A stretch of 64,000 nucleotides of DNA from Nitrospirota bacterium (GTDB lineage: Bacteria; Nitrospirota; UBA9217): positions 1 through 64,000 of the forward strand of contig CAVUHW010000020.1 of NCBI GenBank assembly GCA_963741205.1, written 5' to 3'. Below are positions 12,510-22,386 of the stretch, piece by piece. A model generated the notes under the pieces. That model had not been told where the DNA came from. It saw only the letters and a list, made by a program, of their open reading frames with translations, and did no database searches. Position numbers and translations under genes: made by a program. Numbering within the stretch: the stretch's first letter is position 1; every line of letters starts with the position of its first letter.

Positions 12510-12538
12510 AGCTTACAAAATATCGAAGAGACTGTCAA
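12510..12538 (-). promoter_or_regulatory. Sigma70-like promoter for the DUF799-CsgG-FecR sub-operon
   Basis: TTGACA-17 bp-TAAGCT with extended TG. Confidence 0.55.
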
Positions 12539-12612
12539 GCATTCTATCGACGGATTCAGCCTGAGAAGAAACACCTTTCGGTGGCGGACTTGGATTTTGA
12601 ACATTCGTTTGT

Positions 12613-13720
12613 CTAATACACGATGATTACCCTGCAATATTGCAGGAAATCACCCCGGCTGCCGAGCTGCCGCAGCATCTGGGCGTCAGACTGCCCCACC
12701 ACGACGTCGGTCCTCGCCGCGCCCGATGCCCTCAGCCCCTTGATGACGGCGGGATTATCGGTTACCCGGAAATTGTTTGCAGCCGCATTGACGTCCTTGG
12801 CATATCCGGCAACTCCCTGCTCGACTGCATTCGTTCGGGTGACCACCTGCCCGACATAGATTTCCTGGCCCTGCGGATCAACGATTTTAGGAAGAAGCGC
12901 CGGCCTCAGACCCAGTCCCCTGCCGTCGATCACAAGACCGGTCGCCGTGCCCCCCTTGAAATGCGGCCGTTGATTCTCCCTCGGACGGCGCGTGCCGGTT
13001 TTGACGGCTCCGGCTGCTTCTTCGGCTCCTCTTGTTTCTGCGGCTCCGGTTTTTTCTCCGGCACCGACCCGACAGGCAGGTGAAGACGGCTTCGGCTGCT
13101 CCGGTTTTTTTTCCGGGACCGTAGGAGGAACCGGTGAAGGCTTCTGAGGCGCCGGTTTGGACGGCTCGGATGGTTTCTGCGGCGCAGGGGCAGGGACGAT
13201 GGCTTTAAAGGCTGCTGACGGAGGGGGCCGGTTTTTGTGGAGCCGGCAGAGAGGCGGGCCCTCCAAAATTTTCCGGCACCAAGGCATCCATCAAGGCTCC
13301 CTTGAGCGGCATGGCAACCTGGATTTCAACCGACCCGTCCGAAAGGTATGACGTTTTGACGGATCCTGGCGCCTTTGACGATTCCGTCAACCCTCGTCCT
13401 GATCACGTCGCTTTTGACCATGAAGTTTTCAACAACCGATTCGGAATCAACCCGGACGCCTTTTACTGTTTCAAGAAGGTTTCTGAGCGCGACGACGAAA
13501 GCAGCGCGCTCGGCCATGGCGCGGGCCTGCGCTGCGTTGGCTGCGCTTGCCGGGGGCGCGCCGATGCCGGTTGCATAAACCTCGCCGTGGTCCAGTTTAT
13601 GTTGCCCGAGCTCGTTTGCTCAATAGCGTCGCCCGTATGGCCGTTCTGGGCCCAAGCCGCTCCTGATGACGCTAAAACAGCGATGAGCAGAGAATCAATT
13701 GTTCAACTACGTTTGTTCAC
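12613..13720 (-). CDS. LPP20-like secreted protein with Pro/Lys-rich linker (frameshifted; start approximate)
   Basis: ARAMAERAA..ALRNLLETVKGVRVDS; PAPQKPSEPSKPAPQKP linker; C-domain TGLVIDGRGLGLRPALLPKI...RVIIVY. Confidence 0.75.
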
Positions 13721-13750
13721 GGATGTTTTACCCCATGCGCCATGCGAAAA

Positions 13751-15133
13751 TTATTTTATCACAAAATCCGCAATGGTTTCCTTGCCGGCTTCGACCTGTA
13801 TCGTGCGTGAAACTTCCTTGTCTCCGATCATGACGGAAACTTTGTATGATCCGGGCGCCAGACCTTCGATTTTATATGTGCCGTCTCGGTCAAGAGAGAC
13901 GCCGTAGCTGGCATTGCCGTCCTTATAGAAAACATCTCCATCCGCGAGTGGTCTGCCGCCTGCATCGAGGACCTTCCCCTTTATTGCGCCGCCTGGCGAC
14001 AGAGTAAAGTTGATGGTATAGATCCTCCCCTGCTCTACCTGCTGTTCCTGCGAGGACTTTGCAAAACCGGGGCCCTTGAGTTCCACACGGTATTTGCCGG
14101 GCGTCCGAATTGCAGCGGCATATCTGCCGTCTGTGAAGGGGGCCGGCGTCCCTCTCCCTTCTTTCCAGAGGACCACGGAACCTTTTGAAACCGGCTGGCC
14201 CGGCGCGGTCAGTCACGCGTCCGGCCACAAGCGCCGAATGCTGGCTTTCATCGAGCCTTCGGCCGAGCCGGTTCTCTTTCGGCATTGGCAGTTCGTCGAC
14301 CATAACCGTCTTATCCTCTTCCTGGTAGATGGTGTAAAACGTGGCTTTATCCACTTCCAGGTATCCACCCTTGTACGCGCCGGGCATATCCATCCCGTCA
14401 AGACGGAGGATGATATGAAAGGGATCGACAAAATTGTGGGCATGTTCCGCGTCGGAAAAGACCCATCCCGTGTCCGGATAATAGATCTCCAGATAAGCGT
14501 GGAAGCCGCCATCATTGACCTTCACTCCCCAGTACTCCTTCGAGAAGCCCCACTCGTAGCCGGGAGGCAGATAGCCGTGGGCGACCCGGGCCGGGATGCC
14601 GGCCGCGCGAAGCAGCGCTACAGCAAGGTTTGAATATCCGACACAATACGCCTTTTTAAATTTGAGAGCGGAAAGAGCATCGACCGGGACCGTGATGCTT
14701 GTGTCAAAGGTGAGGTTGTCCGCTACCCAGGAAAGAATGGCGTTTGCCGCTTCATGCGCATAGCGGCTCCCCTTGGTGATATCTCCTGCCAGCCGGATGA
14801 TCGATGGATCGTCGGACTGCCGGTCCCGTTCCGCCGAGAGGTACCGGGAAACCGAAGCGGACAGCATCCGTGGAGGGACCGGATAAGGGCACGCGGGTCT
14901 TCATCGGGCTCATCCTGGATGTCACCTGCACGCGTTTGCTGAATTCGTCCTGGCTGATCACTTTCTGTTCGAATGATTCGTTGGAATAATCGGGGATAAA
15001 GGCCACGCCGCGAGGGTTCACGATGTCGTACACGACCGTGTGTTCACCTTCGAGGACCTTGAGACTCGGCATAGGCACCGTTAAGACATGAAAAGAATAA
15101 CGAGAGAATGATTGAATAAAGAAGAATATTCAT
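13751..15133 (-). CDS. Secreted transglutaminase-like protein with carboxypeptidase-regulatory-like beta-sandwich repeats (frameshifted)
   Basis: YCVGYSNLAVALLRAAGIPAR (Cys), FHAYLEIYYP (His), WVFSD (Asp); C-terminal GAIKGKVLDAGGRPL...GLAPGSYKV. Confidence 0.82.
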
Positions 15134-15141
15134 AATTCATC

Positions 15142-15173
15142 AAAAAAGCCCGCTCCGCAAGAGCGGAGCGGGC
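15142..15173 (-). terminator. Intrinsic terminator after the TPR-SLH gene
   Basis: GCCCGCTCCGC/GCGGAGCGGGC perfect stem with a 6-A run. Confidence 0.85.
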
Positions 15174-15188
15174 GAGTACTCGCTGCGA

Positions 15189-16376
15189 TCAGAATTTCAA
15201 CTGGTTTTTGAACTCGCGGATCGAGAGGAGCGCATCAGCCCCGGAAACGGGATCGCCGGCCTTGAACTCGCCTGTCGCCTTGTCTGCCTCCAGGTAACCC
15301 CGCGTCGTTGCCGTCATAGCAGCATTAAAATAATATACGTCGCTCGTATCGCGTACATCGGGGAACGGTGACTTGGTGCCGATGAATTTCGTCGCAAGTT
15401 TTTCATCGCCGGAAACCTTGATCAGGATGTCTTCGAGCATGACGCGCGAACTCTCCTTTTGTAATAAGCTTGTCCGGCTCGAACTTGTGGTTCGGGCCCG
15501 CCTCAAGTCCGCGGACCTGGAGTTTAAGAACGGTCTCGATGCTCGGCTTGAGCCAGTTGTCCGCAATATCGGTCGCCGGTTCCATTTTTATCGTCGTTTC
15601 CGTCTCCATCTTCGTGCTCGACTCGGTCGGGGCCTTAAAGGCTCGTATCGTAGGTTTTCGTGCCCCGTTTGGTAAAGAGCTTCTCCAGGTTCATTTCCTG
15701 GTCGAACAGTGCGGCGATGTCGGCCCGGTCGATCTTATCGATCAGGGCGATCTTCTTGCCGATCTCGGTCCCCGGCGCCGCACGCTGGATCTTCTGGATC
15801 ACTGCCCATTCGGCATTGGCTTCTCCGACGAAGTCGCGGTTCATGTCGAGGACCGCCTTGAACATCGACGCCGCCTTGTCAAAATCGAGCGCCATCTTAT
15901 AGCACAGTCCCATATAGTAGTGCAGGCGCGGGTTGTTCGGCTCCTTCCCGTTAGCCGCCTTGAACTCCTTCTCCGCGGATTTGACCAGGTCCCCAACATG
16001 CTTCTGGTCCTTGGCCATCTGCAGGCTGTAAAGCCTGATCATGCCGACGCGGGCTTCAATGCCTTTTTTCTCGTAATCCTTTGCCTTCTCCATGTTCTCG
16101 AAGGCCTGCTTGAAATTTCCCTGTTTGCCGAGCACCAGACCTTTGCCAATGTACCCCAGCGAGGACTTCGGGTCGAGATGCGATCGCGCGATCGAATTCG
16201 CGCATTGCCGCATCGAGCTTATCGGCATCAAATGCCTTCAATCCCTGATTATAGTGGTAATCCGGCGTATCCATGATCGACGTTGACGGCGCCGCTTTCT
16301 TTCCGCAGCCGGCCGCGGCAATTACGAAGGCGAGGACCGTACCAAACATGATAAGGCGTTTCATTTGATTGGACAT
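15189..16376 (-). CDS. TPR lipoprotein with C-terminal SLH-like domains (frameshifted)
   Basis: Lipobox AAGC; TPR helices (LHYYMGLCYK); SLH-like TDIADNWLK...FEPDKLITKGEFA and PFPDV...YFNA...FKAGDPVSGADA. Confidence 0.78.
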
Positions 16377-16478
16377 GACTTACCTCCGAACGAAATTATT
16401 TTATAGCCCATCATCCGACCCTTCACGAGGAGCGTTAGCAAGGTGATGAGTTCTTCAAGGCTTCATGACAAAGTCAAA

Positions 16479-17331
16479 TTAATCCACGAGGATGATGACC
16501 CTGCACTTTTCGAGCATGCTCAGGTTCTGTGAGGCGCTCTGGAGAGCGGCCGCGTCCGCATTGCTGATCACCGTGTCAACGCGGGCGTCTCCCGAGACCT
16601 TGATTGCCTTCACCATGAGTGGTTTATCCGTCACCCGGGGGTTCGACTGCGCGGCAGCCGGGTCTTTGAGGTATCCCACCATGCCCTCGCGCACGGCATA
16701 ATCCCTGTTGATCCAGGCCGACCCGTAGACTTCCTTGCCGTCCTCGTTCATGATCTTCGGCGCCATGGCCGGTCGGACGCCGAGCCCCCGGGCATCGACG
16801 ATCAGGCCCGTATAAAGCTGACCGGATGAGGCGCGTTCCGGGAGTCACGACGGGAGGGGTCGCCGGTCCCTTCGGAAGAAGCGCGTCAGCAAGTGCCCCC
16901 GATAATTTCATCCCCACCGTCACTTCGACGGAGCCGTCGGACATGTATTTTTTGTCCATGACCATCGCGCCCTGAATGATGCCGCTTACCTCGGTTTTGA
17001 TGACATCGCTGGTGACCATGAAGTTCTCAACGGTCGTCGTGGAGTCCACCCTCACGCCCTTTACCGCTTCGAGCAGGTTGCGGTATGCGACCACCTGCGC
17101 CGCCCTCTCGGCCATCGCGCGGGCCTGTGCCGCATTCGCGGGCTGCGCCGGAGGCGCGCCGATACCCACGGATGTGATAACGCCCGTGGTCCAGTCTATT
17201 TTCCCCGATGACCCCGTTGGTTCAATGACGTCCTTGATCGTGCCTACGAGCTGCGCCGATGCGCTGCCAATCGCAAGCACCACAAGAGTTACAATGAATA
17301 GTGCAAGGAACAGTGATCTTTTCGCAGACAT
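16479..17331 (-). CDS. LPP20-like secreted protein (frameshifted)
   Basis: Signal peptide; IDWTTGVITSVGIGAPP...ARAMAERAAQVVAYRNLLEAVKGVRVDS; C-domain PKIMNEDGKEVYG...CRVIILVD. Confidence 0.8.
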
Positions 17332-17447
17332 ATTGACCCTCCTTCTTGAAAGAATTCGAATGTGATATAGACGGATAAAGCGAGACGAGATGAATGCCGC
17401 TCTTCACCTCCTTTTTGACTTTGTGAAATACGTTTTTTGATTGAATG

Positions 17448-17616
17448 AGGATAGCAACATATGGCCGAGCGAGTCAAGGGAATATTCACCTCGCTCCTGC
17501 GGGGCACTGCGGTCGTAATACGCGGCATCGGTTAAGTTAACGGGGAAATCGGGACGGTTCGGTCATGCCCCTTCGGCGTAACGCTTAACTATACCCAAGC
17601 ACCGAGAAATTGTCAA
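17448..17616 (-). promoter_or_regulatory. Two tandem sigma70-like promoters upstream of the envelope cluster
   Basis: TTGACA-17-TATAGT (17588-17616) and TTGACT-18-TATCCT (17448-17477). Confidence 0.5.
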
Positions 17617-18159
17617 GATTCCCGGACTGTTTACCGGGCAATCCGCGAGGTCATTCTCTTGCGAACTCCGGGAATTGCCGGTTCAAGACAAAAAAGGGCG
17701 GATCAAATCGCTCTCGCGAGCGTAAGTACAGTGACCTGTGAGGCGCCGGATTTTTTCAGAACAACGGCGCATTCGTTCATGGTCGCCCCCGTTGTGAACA
17801 CATCATCGACGAGAACGACATGCATGGTTTCTACCGCGCCTGGCTTCTTGAGTGCGAATGCTCCACGTACATTCCTTATCCGTTCGTCACCGGTCAGCTC
17901 CACCTGGGGTCTGGTCGGCCGGACCCGAACCAGATTGTCGCAGGAGAACGGGATCTTATTCCGCTCGCTTAACCTGTGGGCAAGAAGGAGTGCCTGATTA
18001 AAACCGCGCTGTCTAAGCCGCTTGCTATGGAGCGGCACGGGCATGATCATGTCGACATCCCCGACCAGGCGGACACGGTCGGCCATCCAGTCTCCCAGCG
18101 GTTTTCCCAGGGACCTGCAGGGGCGGTACTTGAACTGGTGAACCGACATATAAATACAT

Positions 18160-19208
18160 TCTTTACGGCAAAATCCAGCTTCTCGATGACAAGCGGTTTT
18201 TGCTTCAGGAATGCGAATTCAACAACTTGTTTTACGGCATCACCGATTACGGCAAGCCGCTGCTTCGAGGTCTTACCGTATGTAACGCAGGGAATCGTGA
18301 AATACCCAGCCGGGTTGCCGAATCTGTCCGTCTCGGTAACAGCCAGATGGTCGGCGTTTATGTCGATGCCGACCACCCCGATGCCTTTTTGCGAGACACA
18401 GGGGATTTCAGGCAGAGATGCCGTGACGAACACCCGCCATCCCTTGGCGTCTTTCACGAAGCGGTAGTTGATCGCCTGCCATTGGGACCTGTCATCGGAC
18501 AATCTTCTGCCAATGGCGGCAACTACAGCATTATGGCCGTGGCTGAAACGGAGCCCAGGAATATCCAGGTATTTGCCCTTCCCCGCCAGAGCATTCGGCA
18601 TCCGAAGCTTGAGTGAAATACTACCGCTATTCTGCGCAGTGGAAACACAACCCTGACATCCTGCCGTCTCGTCCTTTGATCCGATTACAAAGAACTGACT
18701 GCTCCGGGACTGCTGCCAGTCTTTCTTCCAGTCGGCACGGGAAACGTATTCATTCGCCTCGAGACTGAACTGTGCTCTGAACAGCTTTTTGCTCCCAAAG
18801 CAGAGGCGGACATTGTCTGCCTCTTTATCGGATTTGAGTTTCTCGAGCCGGGCCACCAGGATTGCGATACGACGCTTCTTCTGATGCCTCTTGGCGGGAT
18901 TGGTGATTTCGGCAAGCACCTTCTCCGCTTTGTTAATTCTTCGCTCCATCTCCTGAATAAGTCCGGCTCTTCGCTCTTTAATTGATGCGATCTTACCCTT
19001 AAGCACCGCCGCCATTGCATTGAACTGCCTGGCGGTTATCCCGAATTTCGGTATAAATTCTCGTTTAAGGTCGGTGAGATTGCTCCAGACGTAGCTTGGC
19101 AAAAAGCGTTCTCTCAGCCTTGCTGTAAAGCGCTGCGTAGGCCGTAAGAGCAGCGTCGGCATCGCTGTCTGTTGTGATGCGGCACTGGTAGGTACGATGC
19201 TCACTCAT
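18160..19208 (-). pseudogene. tnpB: IS607-type TnpB, 3'-truncated
   Basis: MSEHRTYQCRI start, FGITARQFNA, GSKDETAGCQ; RuvC-I GIDINADH and RuvC-II VIEKLDF, then it breaks off with no zinc finger or RuvC-III. Confidence 0.85.
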
Positions 19209-19738
19209 TCTTTGACTCCGGTGGCGGCCTCGACTGCGCGTTTGGCCCGGTTCTTTGCCGAGCGCTTGCCGTATAGTCTTGTACACAGGGATACAATAAC
19301 ATCGTGGAGATCGCGCACGATATCGTCCTTCATCTCATCAGGATCGATGACCATGAGATTTCTACCCTGAGCGGTGAGCGCGGCTTCGACGTACTCAATT
19401 CCGAACCTCATTAACCTGTCTCTATGCTCGACGACGACAGTGCTGACACCCGGGTTTCTCAAGATGCGAAGCATGGCGCGGCGATGTCCGTTCAGACCGG
19501 AACCAACCTCTTTGACCACCTCGACAACGCGAAGTTGCCGGTTTGCCGCATACTCGCTGAGCCTGGCTATCTGACGGTCCAAATCGGCTTTCTGATCAGC
19601 GGAGGGCACCCGGGCATAGAGCACGGCGGCGCCCTCGCCGGACGATACTGGAGGGTGAACAATAATCGTTCCCGTCGGCAACTGCTCCGATGGCACCGGC
19701 AACTGGCCCAACTTCCACATCCGCCACACCGTCTTGTA
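19205..19738 (-). pseudogene. tnpA: IS607 serine-recombinase transposase TnpA, 5'-truncated
   Basis: YKTVWRMWK, YARVPSADQKADLDRQ, EVGSGLN, VEHRDRLMRFG, RLYGKRS. Confidence 0.88.
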
Positions 19739-20052
19739 GGCTTCGCATAGCGGCCCTTAAATTGACCCGTGGACAGGGCCTGGTCGAACATCGGCGGCGT
19801 TTGCCTGCAGCTCATGCACTGATGTTCAGGACTGTGAAGAAGAGTCTCCGGTGACTCGAAGGGCTTGCCGCAGACGGGACAGACCGGGCCGTATATCGGT
19901 GCGAAATCAGCCCAGCAGGCGGAGCACAAATGCGGGACCTCCGATTCACCAAGCGGCGAGCGGCAATAAGAGCAGGAGGACGGGAGGAGAATATCGAGAA
20001 CGCTGCGGAGGATGGACATTCGGTCAAATCCCAAATATCACTCCCTCTTTTT

Positions 20053-21360
20053 TCAGCAGGTCTTTTCCAGATTGACCCCGAAGGTGTTCCACTTGCCGCA
20101 ATTGGGGCAGCGCCCTGACCAGTCCGTGGTTCTCAGGTCGCAGTTTGAGCATGCATAGGGGATAATGATCTGTTTCTTGAAGCCCAATGCCTTCTTGAAC
20201 TCCGATGCGGCCAGCCCGAGGGAACCCCTTCTCAGGTAGATATTCCCCAGAAGCTTGTGCACGTCGGGAAAATCCTTGTCTCCCCAGTCCACGGTAGAAA
20301 GGATTTCGAATGCCTCATCCACCATTTCAAGACGATAGTAGAGCTTGCCCAGGAAAAACTTCAGCGCGACGTCCTGCGGTTTCCAGTTCACGGCCTGCAT
20401 GTAAAGCTCGATTGCCTTGCCCGGTTCTCCCTGCTTAAGGTACAAGTCCTCGAGCCGATGGAGAAGCAAGGTCGACGAGGTCATTTTGTAGGCCTTCTCC
20501 CAGAGTTCGGACGCTTCAGCGCCCTCGTTTTCTTCAAGATATACCTCACCGAGTCCCAGGTAGGCAGGGATGAAATCCTTGTCGAGCTTGATCACTCCGC
20601 GGAAGGTCTTCTTCGCCCGTTCCAGGTCTCCTGCTTCTAAAAGCGACCGTCCTAATTCATATTTAAGTCCGACGAGCTTGCGGTGCTCGATCTCCAGTTC
20701 CGAAGGCGTGAGGGGGTTGGCTACCAGTTTGCTCTGCGTGTCATACAGTTCCTCCCAGTGGCCCAGGCGCTGATAGAGGTCCCGCATTCGTATGATCGCG
20801 GTCAGGTTTGAAGAATCCTTGGACAGTATCTTTTTATACATCTCCAGGGCATCATCGAATCGTTTTGTCTCTTCGTAATCAGCGGCCAGTGAAAACAGCA
20901 CTTCCTGGTTGTCCGGGGCGAGGCTCAAGGCCTTTTGATGGACCAGGATGGCCTCCTGAGGCATCTTGTCGCGGAGCTTGCAGATGCCCATGCGGAGAAG
21001 CGTGTCCACATGGTTCGGATCAACGGCAAGGACTTTCTGAAAATACGTGGCTGCTTCGGAATTCCGTTTCGCGATCATCGCGTTCAGGCCCTTCGTATAG
21101 AGCTCCTGGATTTTTAGGCGCTTTTTCTGCTCGCGCTGCACGCGAAGCCCCCGCAAAAACCGTCTCACGTCTCTCATCAGGTACAAAATGAATACGAAGC
21201 CGGCTCCAATGGCAAGGGAAAGAAACAAAAAGGTTGACTTGGCTATTTCGTAGGACATTGACGGCAGCAGGTTGACCGTAACCAGGCCGGGGTTGAACTC
21301 GCGCAGCAGCATCACAAACACAACAACGCCGATCAACAGGAGGGTGCCGATGAATCTCAT
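20053..21360 (-). CDS. lapB: LPS assembly protein LapB-like TPR protein with LapA-like N-terminus and C-terminal rubredoxin
   Basis: Intact 435 aa ORF: two N-terminal TM helices, multiple TPRs, YACSNC...WSGRCPNCGKWNTF. Confidence 0.75.
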   Translation of the reverse strand: MRFIGTLLLIGVVVFVMLLREFNPGLVTVNLLPSMSYEIAKSTFLFLSLAIGAGFVFILYLMRDVRRFLRGLRVQREQKKRLKIQELYTKGLNAMIAKRNSEAATYFQKVLAVDPNHVDTLLRMGICKLRDKMPQEAILVHQKALSLAPDNQEVLFSLAADYEETKRFDDALEMYKKILSKDSSNLTAIIRMRDLYQRLGHWEELYDTQSKLVANPLTPSELEIEHRKLVGLKYELGRSLLEAGDLERAKKTFRGVIKLDKDFIPAYLGLGEVYLEENEGAEASELWEKAYKMTSSTLLLHRLEDLYLKQGEPGKAIELYMQAVNWKPQDVALKFFLGKLYYRLEMVDEAFEILSTVDWGDKDFPDVHKLLGNIYLRRGSLGLAASEFKKALGFKKQIIIPYACSNCDLRTTDWSGRCPNCGKWNTFGVNLEKTC

Positions 21361-21407
21361 GCGCGGTCCTTTCTCTCATGAAATGATGGGATCTGTTTCC
21401 TGAAACT

Positions 21408-21541
21408 CCTGGATAACTCCGAATTCCGCATTATGCCTGCATCCAGCGATTAGAGCCTGTGGCCATAGTACCTATGAGCGCGCTGCGCCGAGAATACAAG
21501 CTCTGCCACGTCGCGAATGCAGGGTGAGTTCGGCATCCAGG
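21408..21541 (-). ncRNA. Candidate structured RNA or palindromic element immediately after the rlmH stop
   Basis: Nested pairings CCTGGAT/ATCCAGG, CCGAA/TTCGG, CCTGCATTC/GGATGCAGG, GCGA/TCGC, AGAGCTTGT/ACAGGCTCT plus two terminal hairpins; family not recognised. Confidence 0.4.
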
Positions 21542-22012
21542 CTAATAATGGTATGTCTTGCCCTTAATGATCGTAAACGCCCGGTAGAGCTGTTCGAGGA
21601 GAACGAGCCTCGCCATCTCATGGGTCAAAGTCCACCGGGACATGGCGATCACCTTGTTCGCTCGTCCGGCCACGCTCTCGTCGAGGCCCATGGCCCCTCC
21701 GATCACGAATGCCATGTCCCTTACGCCGGACTCAATCAGGCCGTTCAGGTATCCTGCAAACTCATGAGATGTAAATTCATGCCCGCGCTCGTCGAGGGCG
21801 GCGAGATAGGCGCCCGGCGCCGCAGCCTTGAAGATCTTTTCCGATTCACGCTTTCTGATGGCCGGCGCGTCTCTGAGGTCCAGTATTTTTTCTTCCTTGA
21901 GTTCTTTGATTGCTACATCGGTATAGGGCTTGAGATAACGGAGGTACTTGGCGATTCCCTCCTGAACGAACCGTTCCCTCGTTTTTCCCATGCAGATTGC
22001 TACCAGCCTCAT
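21542..22012 (-). CDS. rlmH: 23S rRNA pseudouridine-1915 N3-methyltransferase
   Basis: LDERG, FVIGGAMGL, TLTHEMARLVLLEQLYRAFTI, YH. Confidence 0.96.
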   Translation of the reverse strand: MRLVAICMGKTRERFVQEGIAKYLRYLKPYTDVAIKELKEEKILDLRDAPAIRKRESEKIFKAAAPGAYLAALDERGHEFTSHEFAGYLNGLIESGVRDMAFVIGGAMGLDESVAGRANKVIAMSRWTLTHEMARLVLLEQLYRAFTIIKGKTYHY

Positions 22013-22386
22013 GAGGAGGCGCCTTGAAGTTCCCGGGGCCTCGTAACGACGGGGATTCGCGGAGCATCGCTCCAGAGTTTTTCGAGGCTGTAATAGATCC
22101 TCGTCTGCTCTTCAAAGACGTGCACGACGACATCACCGTAATCCATGAGTACCCACCTCGACTCGGCCCCGCCCTCCACGTGGGAAGGATGCTCGCCGGT
22201 GGTCGCAAGGGCATGGCCAATCTCGTCCGAAATGGCGGACACCTGCGTCGTATTGCTCCCCGAGCAGATCACGAAGTAATCGGTGATATAGGTGAGCCCG
22301 CGAAGGTCCAGGATGAGGATGTCGAACGCTTTTTTGTTGTCGGCTGCCTCGGCGCAAAGCTGCGCCGCTTCCAATGAATTACGCAT
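22009..22386 (-). CDS. rsfS: Ribosome silencing factor
   Basis: [42 protein letters not shown]. Confidence 0.96.
   Translation of the reverse strand: MRNSLEAAQLCAEAADNKKAFDILILDLRGLTYITDYFVICSGSNTTQVSAISDEIGHALATTGEHPSHVEGGAESRWVLMDYGDVVVHVFEEQTRIYYSLEKLWSDAPRIPVVTRPRELQGASS

Larger units (their letters stand above)
18144..19738 (-). mobile_element. Truncated IS607-family element (tnpA + tnpB)
   Basis: Serine-recombinase tnpA overlaps tnpB by ATGA; no TIR or target duplication; removing it restores comF ...EA|VHQFKY. Confidence 0.88.
17703..20034 (-). pseudogene. comF: ComF/amidophosphoribosyltransferase-like competence protein interrupted by an IS607 remnant
   Basis: 5' part (19739-20034) has a double zinc ribbon (CSYC, CSAC, CPVC, CMSC); 3' part (17703-18143) has HQFKY, PVPLH, RGFNQA, LVDDVFTTGAT. 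Confidence 0.9.

Noticed and set aside
12980-13260. Repetitive GC-rich tract considered as a CRISPR array or VNTR
   Set aside because: It encodes the Pro/Lys-rich linker of the LPP20-like protein; there are no constant repeats with unique spacers and no cas genes.
17530-17582. Loose resemblance to a cobalamin riboswitch on the + strand (AACGGGGAA...TGCCCC...CGTAA)
   Set aside because: It lacks the T-loop and B12 box, and points away from any downstream + strand gene.
18144-18165. omegaRNA at the TnpB right end
   Set aside because: Only ~17 nt separate the truncated tnpB from comF, which is too short for the scaffold.
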